NCBI GenBank assembly: GCA_023424355.1
Contig: JAFAEA010000236.1
Span: 1-38,781 of the forward strand
Length of the DNA stretch: 38,781 nt
DNA from: Chloroflexota bacterium
GTDB taxonomy: Bacteria; Chloroflexota; Chloroflexia; Thermomicrobiales; UBA6265
Reading direction: 5' to 3'
Below, in pieces: positions 31,773 to 38,781 of this stretch (its first letter is position 1; each line of letters starts with the position of its first letter). The notes beneath the pieces were generated by a model. The model was not told the DNA's origin, searched no databases, and saw only the letters and a program-made list of their open reading frames with translations. The translations under genes were made by a program, and so were the position numbers.

Positions 31773-32218
31773 TGGACGTTCCTGCTGTGCTCACTGCGAT
31801 GGCTGAGGTGATTCGGAGTGTGCCAGGCGTGAAGTCTGCTCACTACCCGGCGCCGAACAGCCTCTCGGCTAACAACTGCCCAGCGGTGGTGATGTATTGG
31901 GGTGGCACAGACGAAACGATGGTCAGTGATCTCAACGTCTCCAGCGGCACGATGTGGCAGCCGTCCGTTATGGCGCAGATCCTCATTCCTCGCTCGGGCG
32001 ACACACCGCAAGAGTTTGCGAGTGTCGATGCACTTATCACGCCGATCGTTGATGCGTTCGCGCGCCCAACGGCAGAGATCCCAGCGCTCGCTGGCAAGGT
32101 GCACCGGTGCCATGCCACGCGGATCCGTTCATCTCTGCAACTCGACTATGCCGGTAGTGCGTACTACGTGGCCGAGATCAACTTCGATATCAAGTTCCAC
32201 CGGAGGAAAACACCATGA
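31772..32218 (+). CDS. tail completion / terminator protein
   Basis: ATG 31772 in a TAATG overlap. Length 148 aa. Synteny-based call. Confidence 0.5.
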   Translation: MDVPAVLTAMAEVIRSVPGVKSAHYPAPNSLSANNCPAVVMYWGGTDETMVSDLNVSSGTMWQPSVMAQILIPRSGDTPQEFASVDALITPIVDAFARPTAEIPALAGKVHRCHATRIRSSLQLDYAGSAYYVAEINFDIKFHRRKTP

Positions 32219-32427
32219 GCGACGTGAAGTATCGCTACAAGGGTCCAGGGCGGCTGTACGACGTACCAGCTCGCGATCTGACCGCAGATGAGTTCGAGGC
32301 GCTGCATGGCGTCTCACGGCGCCGGGTGATCGAATCCGGCTTGTACAGCGAAGTGAAAGACACCAAGCCGGCTGACAAGCCAGCTGCCAAGACTGAGAAG
32401 GCATCTCAGAAGGACGGTGAGAAATGA
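32215..32427 (+). CDS. hypothetical protein
   Basis: 70 aa with ATGA overlaps on both sides. Confidence 0.5.
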   Translation: MSDVKYRYKGPGRLYDVPARDLTADEFEALHGVSRRRVIESGLYSEVKDTKPADKPAAKTEKASQKDGEK

Positions 32428-33659
32428 CCTGGACAATCGGCAACGAGGTAGGCAACAAAGCCGCATACGCTGGTACCGAAACTGTCACCGGCACTCCGGT
32501 GGCAGCTACGCACCAGTGGCTCGGCACCCTCGAGATCACCAAGACGCAAGACCTGGTAGCGACCGAAGAGGCGACCGGCGGCTACCACCGCATGGTGACC
32601 CCGCAGCTGGGAACGCCATCGTTTAGCGGTACCTACGCTGAAAACCTGACATTCGAATCGCTGCCAATGCACATGCGGTATGCGATCAAGGAAGGCAGCA
32701 CGGGCATTGGTGACGGCGGTGCCGTGGAAGCCTTTACCTACGACAAGTCGCCATCGTTCAACAAGGACGATATCGATAGTGCCACCGTGTACTACGGCAT
32801 TGATGGTCTTGCATGGCGATCGACTGGTGTGCGCCACAACGAGTTCACCATCAATATCGATGTCGATGATGCAGACGGCGTGTGGAAGCTGAACAGCAAC
32901 CTCATGGTCGGCAGCAAGGTGGAGATCACTTCGTTTGAGGGTGTCGCCACTGCTGGCACCACCACGACAGTGACGATGACTGGCGCGGCATGGACTGTAG
33001 ATCAGTTCGCTGGCCAGTTTGTGTTCCTTGACTTCGGATCCCACATCGGCGATGTGCGGCTGATCGCCAGCAACACTGCCGATACGATCACCTTCGATGA
33101 AGCCGTAGCCGTCGCACCGCCAACCGGCACGCCATTCCGCGTTGAAGGCAACCTGCCGACCCTGCCGGTACCGGATTACGAGAAGATCCCGACGTACGGC
33201 ACCAAGGTGTACATCGATGAGGTGGGATCACTTGGCGACACCCTGGTGACTGATCGCGTGATCAGCATTTCGGTGAGCGTCAATACGCAGCGCACCACCA
33301 AGCGCTTCATGGAGCAGCCGAGTGATCAGGTGAGCAAGCGATCCGGTCGTGGTGCCCAGGCAATCACTGGTTCGATCAGGCTGGAGCTTGATCGCCGTGA
33401 CGAGTACGTCGCGTGGCAGAACTTGCAGGAGCGCGCGATGTTGATCGAGCAGGTTGGCTCGGTGATCGATCCGGACGCTACTCCAGATCCAACCCGCAAG
33501 CGTGCAGCCATCGAGCTGGAGCGCGTGGCGTTTGGCACGCCGACCGAAGACAGCCGCGAAAACAACATGACCATCACCGTTCCGTTTACCGCGTACTTGC
33601 CGGAGACTGAGCCGATTCTCACGGTAAGCGCCACAAATGAGCTGACCGTTCTTCCGTAG
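32424..33659 (+). CDS. major tail (tube) protein
   Basis: 411 aa, immediately upstream of the G/GT chaperone pair and the tape measure gene. Thr/Gly/Val-rich and beta-type. Confidence 0.65.
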   Translation: MTWTIGNEVGNKAAYAGTETVTGTPVAATHQWLGTLEITKTQDLVATEEATGGYHRMVTPQLGTPSFSGTYAENLTFESLPMHMRYAIKEGSTGIGDGGAVEAFTYDKSPSFNKDDIDSATVYYGIDGLAWRSTGVRHNEFTINIDVDDADGVWKLNSNLMVGSKVEITSFEGVATAGTTTTVTMTGAAWTVDQFAGQFVFLDFGSHIGDVRLIASNTADTITFDEAVAVAPPTGTPFRVEGNLPTLPVPDYEKIPTYGTKVYIDEVGSLGDTLVTDRVISISVSVNTQRTTKRFMEQPSDQVSKRSGRGAQAITGSIRLELDRRDEYVAWQNLQERAMLIEQVGSVIDPDATPDPTRKRAAIELERVAFGTPTEDSRENNMTITVPFTAYLPETEPILTVSATNELTVLP

Positions 33660-33708
33660 TGATGTATGAGGCGGGGTGGTGTTCAACCCCGCCCAGGAGT
33701 GCAAAAGC

Positions 33709-34071
33709 ATGCCAGGCAAAGAAGCAACCTTCACACCGTATCTCCGTTACAAGACGGTGGCCTATATCGAAGACGGAGCGCCAGTTGACGCCGAGCCGTT
33801 CGAGATCACGATGCGAAGCAACCTCACGATGGAGGAGGTTGAGGAAATCGTGATCAAGCCAGATTCGAAGCTCACGAACGCTGAGCTATGGGATCTGATG
33901 GCTCCGCACATTGTGAAGTGGCCGTTTGCAGATCCGAAGACTGGTGAGCCGATTCCGCCGCCTGCTGAAGCTGGTGGACAAGTCTTCAAGAAGGCACCTC
34001 CAGGATTGGCAAACCTGATCTACAGCGATCTATTGAAAGTCAATCTGGGGCATGCGGACCCAAAATCCTAA
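33709..34071 (+). CDS. tail assembly chaperone (gpG-like)
   Basis: ATG 33709 lies 9 nt after AGGAG (the ORF-track GTG 33676 is an alternative). It ends 4 nt past a CCCAAAA slippery heptamer. It lies directly upstream of the tape measure gene. Confidence 0.7.
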   Translation: MPGKEATFTPYLRYKTVAYIEDGAPVDAEPFEITMRSNLTMEEVEEIVIKPDSKLTNAELWDLMAPHIVKWPFADPKTGEPIPPPAEAGGQVFKKAPPGLANLIYSDLLKVNLGHADPKS

Positions 34072-34301
34072 AGCAGGCGTACTGGTTCGGAGTCAACTAC
34101 CAGCGATCCCTACAAGGAGAGCATGTAGCACCGCGAGAAGCGCCTGTTGGGCTGAGTGAAGCCATGCAGTGGGAGTTAGGGCCACTTCCACCTGCGGAGT
34201 GGGATCGAGAGTGGAGTGCCAGGCGGCGATTCGCAGTCGCTTTGGTTAGCAAGTTTCGAGAGGGCATTGAGTTTGCCCGTAGTGAGAAAGGGAGGCGCTA
34301 A
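33709..34301 (+). CDS. tail assembly chaperone gpGT-like -1 frameshift product
   Basis: After C CCA AAA (34059-34065) the -1 frame stays open for about 79 codons. It ends at TAA 34299-34301, immediately before the tape measure ATG at 34302. No conventional ORF explains this 230-nt gap. Confidence 0.65.
34059..34065 (+). promoter_or_regulatory. -1 programmed ribosomal frameshift slippery heptamer
   Basis: X XXY YYZ pattern C CCA AAA in the zero frame of the chaperone gene, 4 nt before its stop. Confidence 0.6.
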
Positions 34302-37300
34302 ATGGCACAGACTCTTGAAGTCATTATCAAAGGCCAAGATGGCGTCTCTCGCATTTTCAAAGAGGTGTCCAAAAGCGCCGATGCTGCCGGGAAGGCGGTT
34401 GAATCTGCTGGCAAAAGTGGCGAACAGGGATTCAAGCGCGTTGAGCAGGCTGCGGACAAGGCAGAGAAGGAAGTCAAGGATGTAGGTTCCGCCGCAAAAT
34501 CTGCGGAAGCGGACTTCCGAGCACTGGGCACTGTAGCCACGATTCTGGGCACGGGGCTGGCGTATGCCGGCAATAAGGCGATGGAGCAGGAGCGCCAGAT
34601 CATCGGCCTGCGTGCTGCCTACCGTGAAGCGTCCGATGAGATGCTGCGGTTCGCCGAGGAACTCGATAACCTCACCATCTTCAGCGACGATGATATTCGC
34701 GCTGGCGAGCAGTACTTCGCAACCCTCTATAACAACTACGACATGAGCATTGAGCAGATTCAGGAAATGATGAGCCTGACTGCCGACCTCGCATCGATGC
34801 GAGGCATCACCTTCGAAGATGCCAGTAATCGCATTACAGCCGCGATTCGCGGTGAGGCGGAAGCTGCTGAGTTCCTCGGCCTTACGATGAACCAGGCATC
34901 GATCGATGCTGATAATCTCACTCTCTCAATGTCCAATGCTGAGGCCGCACAGTTTCGCTACAACGCGCTTCTCGAGCAAACTAATACATATCGCGGTGTG
35001 GCTGCAGAAATCGCAGCCAGCGATGCGGGAACGATCGCCGATTGGAAAGACTCTATCGATGATGCAGCTGCATCGGTTGGTAACTTCCTAGGACCGGCGG
35101 CCACGTTTGCGAGCGGACTGGCCACTATCGGATTCGGCCTCACTGGTGTCACTGGTGGATTCGCAGCCATGCGAGCTGGTGGGCAAGCCCTCGCCTCGAT
35201 GTACACGACGCGGTTGGTACCTGCGCTTACTGCTACGAATCTGGCACTTGGTGGCGTTGGCGTGGTGCTGGCGCTTGCGGGCGCTGCATTCCTGAAGAGC
35301 CGCAACGACGCTGAGCGCCACCGAGAAACCATCAAGGCGCTTGCGGGCGAATACCTTGATCTACAGGTTGCTGCCGATCATCTCCGACTGTCGGGCGATT
35401 ATGAAGGGTCCGCACAGCTTTTACAGTTGAAGCACCAAATAATGGATGTTCGTGTTGAAGCGGATGCGCTGGCATTTTCTATCGGCGATACCAAGATGTT
35501 CAACGGCGAGGAACTGTCTGGTGACCGGTATCGAGAACTGTTTGAGTCTTACCGAATAACCTCTGAAGAATCGGAACGACTTTCTGCTACGCAGGAAGTG
35601 CTAAAAAATGCGTTGATGGATCCACGTATCAATGCTACCGCCCTCGCCGCCGAGATGGATAGGTTGTATTGGGAGTTCAAGCGTGGAGAAATCACTGCTG
35701 ATCAGTACATCGATCAGATGGAGTATCTCTCCCAAAATACCTCCAAATACGCAGTAGAAGCCGAAAAAGCGACCGAAGCCACAACCGGACTTGGCGCCGC
35801 ATTCAACCTGATCAATCAGGAAGCGCAAGGCTGGCTCGAGACGCTGCTTTCGCTCAACGATATCGACGAAGACGATACGTTCATCACGAAGCTACTCAAG
35901 TCTCTGGGAACTAGTGAGGGAGATCGTGCAGCAGTCAGCACGTTCCTGAGCGACCTCGGCGACATGTATACCAACCTCGACGATATGCCCGGGCCAGATG
36001 CCACGCATGAAGAGTGGGTGGCCTGGGTAAACGAGGCTGAGCACGGCACGCTCCAGTGGCGGTATCGCGTCGCCGAGGCCAACCAGGCAATGCTCGAGCA
36101 AGATGCGGCGCTGGAAAGTAACACCAGAAAGCAACGCGGTAGCGCCCAATACATTTATGAGAATGCCACCGCCAACCAGCGACTGGGTATTGATATCCGC
36201 AACACTGCGGAGGCAGCGATTGAGGCCGCAGAAGCGCAGGAACGATACGAGCAGGCTGTTCATGGCGCTGGTGCTGCCGTTCGTGAGCAGGCATTCGCTC
36301 TTGTCGAAATGCAAGAAGAATACGAGGAGATGGTTGCTGGCAACTTGCAGCGGCTACTCGATGTCGCAGGTTACGGCGATCCGCTGAGTAGCTGGAACCT
36401 TGCTGGTAATGCCACAGACATGAGCCTGCTGGCCATGGAGACGCAGCACGCCGCGACAGCGCTGGATACCATATATCGCGTCGCGGTTGGCAATACCGAT
36501 GCGATTGCGAACCAATCTGACGCGATCCACTCATGGGCCGAAGAGCTTATCGGCGTCCAGGGCGAATACAGCAAGCTCGATGAGCTGGTGCAGGCTGGAC
36601 GCATCACCGGACAGTCTGGCGTATTCGATGACAATTCTGAGTATGCCCAAGCACAACGAGCCTACAACGACATTGCCCGTGAGAATGCCGAGATACAGGA
36701 ACATGTCCTCACCATTCAGGCGAAGCAAGTGCCGCTCATTCGCGATCAGATGGCAGCGTATGAGAACTACATGCAAACAGTGGCAGACATGCCAGCGCAG
36801 CAGCAGTTGATTGCGCTCGGTTGGATGGATACGACCACGGCGGCACGGGCAATGGAGTTCCAGACGCTTGCTGTGGCCGCTGCGACGGGCCAGCTCGGTG
36901 CCAACGGTGAGGCCGTCTTCACGGACATGATCACTGGTGCCGCGCAAGCAGATCCAGTTCTGAAGGCATTGCTCATTGACATGGGGCTCATTAGTGAAGG
37001 GGCCGACGGTACGATCACCGTCAATCTCGATGGTGCCGAAGGTGCCAAGAGCGAGATCGGTCAGTTGACCGATGCCATCGTGAACCTCATCGATCTGTTT
37101 GACGATGGTGTCATCAACGGATCGTTTGTAATCGATGCTGAAGACAACGCGACCGGCCCGATTCGAACGGCACGCACGGAAGCTGAGGATCTCGATGGCA
37201 CCACGTCCACGATCAACGTCGTGGCAAATGATCAGGCGTCAGGTGTGCTTCAGGGCCTTGCAGCTAACTGGGGCGGCACCATCGCAACATCGTTCATCGA

Positions 37301-37655
37301 TGTCATCACCCGCCGATACGAACAGGGCACGCCAGGTAAGGCGCTCGGCGGCGTGGTGGAAGGATACGCCTCTGGAGGTGTGGTGATTCGAGCTGGCGAG
37401 GTTGGGGCAGAGATCGCGCACTTCGCTAACGGTGGCACCGCGCTCTTGCCGTCTGACGGCTACTACAGCGTGCCGCCTGGTACCTACATCACGCCGAACC
37501 ACGCGGTGAGCAACAGCTACGGCGGTGATACGCACTTCAACATCACGGTCAATGGTGGCGATGCCGAGCAAATCAAGCGTGTGTTCATCCAGGATATCGC
37601 GCCGGTACTTGCTGACGTGGCTGGCGAACAGCGACGCGCTGCGGGGGTGATGTAA
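34302..37655 (+). CDS. tape measure protein
   Basis: 1117 aa. Ala/Gly-rich hydrophobic segments (for example LATIGFGLTGVTGGFAAM) and extensive coiled-coil-like sequence. Canonical position after G/GT. Confidence 0.9.
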   Translation: MAQTLEVIIKGQDGVSRIFKEVSKSADAAGKAVESAGKSGEQGFKRVEQAADKAEKEVKDVGSAAKSAEADFRALGTVATILGTGLAYAGNKAMEQERQIIGLRAAYREASDEMLRFAEELDNLTIFSDDDIRAGEQYFATLYNNYDMSIEQIQEMMSLTADLASMRGITFEDASNRITAAIRGEAEAAEFLGLTMNQASIDADNLTLSMSNAEAAQFRYNALLEQTNTYRGVAAEIAASDAGTIADWKDSIDDAAASVGNFLGPAATFASGLATIGFGLTGVTGGFAAMRAGGQALASMYTTRLVPALTATNLALGGVGVVLALAGAAFLKSRNDAERHRETIKALAGEYLDLQVAADHLRLSGDYEGSAQLLQLKHQIMDVRVEADALAFSIGDTKMFNGEELSGDRYRELFESYRITSEESERLSATQEVLKNALMDPRINATALAAEMDRLYWEFKRGEITADQYIDQMEYLSQNTSKYAVEAEKATEATTGLGAAFNLINQEAQGWLETLLSLNDIDEDDTFITKLLKSLGTSEGDRAAVSTFLSDLGDMYTNLDDMPGPDATHEEWVAWVNEAEHGTLQWRYRVAEANQAMLEQDAALESNTRKQRGSAQYIYENATANQRLGIDIRNTAEAAIEAAEAQERYEQAVHGAGAAVREQAFALVEMQEEYEEMVAGNLQRLLDVAGYGDPLSSWNLAGNATDMSLLAMETQHAATALDTIYRVAVGNTDAIANQSDAIHSWAEELIGVQGEYSKLDELVQAGRITGQSGVFDDNSEYAQAQRAYNDIARENAEIQEHVLTIQAKQVPLIRDQMAAYENYMQTVADMPAQQQLIALGWMDTTTAARAMEFQTLAVAAATGQLGANGEAVFTDMITGAAQADPVLKALLIDMGLISEGADGTITVNLDGAEGAKSEIGQLTDAIVNLIDLFDDGVINGSFVIDAEDNATGPIRTARTEAEDLDGTTSTINVVANDQASGVLQGLAANWGGTIATSFIDVITRRYEQGTPGKALGGVVEGYASGGVVIRAGEVGAEIAHFANGGTALLPSDGYYSVPPGTYITPNHAVSNSYGGDTHFNITVNGGDAEQIKRVFIQDIAPVLADVAGEQRRAAGVM

Positions 37656-38122
37656 TGCCTATCTACGGAAATCAGGAAACCTACGCAACCTCGTTCACTG
37701 CCTTCGACGGGATCCCGTTCTCGGTGTTGGCAGATCGATCGGGCGTCTATGGCAAGTGGAATGCACCAATGATCGTGGCCAGTCGCCATGTGCCGCGCAG
37801 CAATCGCGTGTATCGGCAGAACATGGGGGCCGGTTTGGCGACCATCACACTTTCGATTGAGTTCAACAACCTCGCAGACTATCGACGTTTCTATGCCCTG
37901 TACGCCTCCCAGAAGGAAGCGCGGCTTACGCTGCTGGCAGAGTTTGCGTTGCTGAAGGGCATCCCGCACACCATCCACCGCGATTACGAGCACTTCGATT
38001 ACGTGGTGATCGATAGCATCGTTGAGCCGCAGGGTGGAGGCATCGGGGTGGATCGCTTGCCGACGGTTCAGGTGACCTTTGCCGCCGCGTGGGATCCCGT
38101 AACGATGCAGGTGGTGGATTGA
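37655..38122 (+). CDS. distal tail protein-like
   Basis: 155 aa with a TAATG overlap with the tape measure gene. Synteny-based call. Confidence 0.55.
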   Translation: MPIYGNQETYATSFTAFDGIPFSVLADRSGVYGKWNAPMIVASRHVPRSNRVYRQNMGAGLATITLSIEFNNLADYRRFYALYASQKEARLTLLAEFALLKGIPHTIHRDYEHFDYVVIDSIVEPQGGGIGVDRLPTVQVTFAAAWDPVTMQVVD

Positions 38123-38123
38123 T

Positions 38124-38781
38124 ATGGCTGTAGCAGCACTTGTCAGTCAAACACCGGTCGTCATGGCCACCATCGGACAGGTCTCCACACGCGTCACTGC
38201 TTTGGATACCACTCACGATGTAGACCGCGGCATCGGGCAATGCACCATTCGCACGCCTGCGCTGTTCAGCTGGGTCGTGTTGGGCGCTTCTGTATCGATT
38301 CAGATCGGGTACGAAGATACGGGCACACAGCCAGTGTTCACCGGCACTGTGGTGAACGTGAGACGATCGTTGAGCGAAACCGGTGGCTGGGAGCTTGTGG
38401 CGAGCTGCGAAGGCCAGCTGGCAAGGATGGTGGACGGTGAAGAAACCACTGTGCAGTTCCCGCGGATCTATTTGGGAGACATTGCGAGATCGCTGACCTC
38501 CATGCGTGGCGTTGGGCCGTTGATGCTCGATCGCATCAAGAGTCCGGTGCTGTGGGATCAGGATACGAACTGGATCATCCTGGGCGGGAATCGCTACGTC
38601 GATGACGGCATGGTCGTGATCAACAACCGCAGCGGCCTGTACGGCTGGCTGTCACAGAAGCTCGAACTGTTCGGCTATCGCATCTTCGATCGACCGGCAG
38701 CCGACGTGAAGGTCGCACGACTGTTTGGATCTCCAACGCATCCGCAGCACTTCGCCACCGAAGGCGTGGATATCTTTCGCG
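38124..38781 (+). CDS. tail tip / baseplate-hub-like protein, open at the window end
   Basis: The ATG lies 1 nt after the upstream TGA. I translated all 219 codons by hand and found no stop before the window edge. It is absent from the ORF track, presumably because it has no stop. Confidence 0.6.
   Translation, partial: MAVAALVSQTPVVMATIGQVSTRVTALDTTHDVDRGIGQCTIRTPALFSWVVLGASVSIQIGYEDTGTQPVFTGTVVNVRRSLSETGGWELVASCEGQLARMVDGEETTVQFPRIYLGDIARSLTSMRGVGPLMLDRIKSPVLWDQDTNWIILGGNRYVDDGMVVINNRSGLYGWLSQKLELFGYRIFDRPAADVKVARLFGSPTHPQHFATEGVDIFR

Noticed and set aside
34216-34485. 89-aa + strand ORF bridging the chaperone gap and the tape measure start
   Set aside because: It is out of frame with both the -1 frameshift extension and the tape measure gene, which explain the region better.

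Overview
The window reads as a near-complete, probably circularly closed genome of a temperate tailed phage or prophage with a long non-contractile tail. Most genes are on the + strand, tightly packed, and many overlap by 1-8 nt (ATGA / TAATG junctions). Sampled structural-gene lines are about 58% GC.

Modules in order:
- Tail fibre / beta-helix tailspike (49-4026).
- Lysis region with an Amidase_2+SH3 endolysin and two holin-like membrane genes (4081-7051).
- Three minus-strand tRNA or tRNA-like genes (7150-7433).
- Repeat-rich attP-like spacer and tyrosine integrase (7440-8932).
- An AT-richer minus-strand cassette co-oriented and chain-coupled with an XRE/CI-like repressor (9839-12681).
- Divergent Cro/Xis-like genes (12778-13224).
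- Recombination and replication genes: RecT, replication organiser, DnaC-like loader, VRR-NUC (13372-18254).
- About 15 small early ORFs (18392-22091).
- A second AT-richer minus-strand gene (22117-22800).
- Packaging and morphogenesis genes: TerS, intein-containing TerL, portal-MuF, protease, HK97-like capsid, connectors, major tail, G/GT frameshift chaperones, tape measure, distal tail (22969-38781).

The most interesting signals:
1. The repressor-linked cassette 9839-12294 is a candidate lysogen-expressed defence or exclusion system. It holds a signal-anchored 331-aa protein, a 59-aa zinc-ribbon ORF, two unknown proteins and a HEPN-like protein.
2. A complete HNH endonuclease ORF lies out of frame inside the TerL intein, so 212 codons are open in both frames.
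3. The third member of the tRNA array next to the integrase has an aberrant anticodon arm and may mark the attP crossover.

All domain calls rest on motif recognition by eye. No database search was run.
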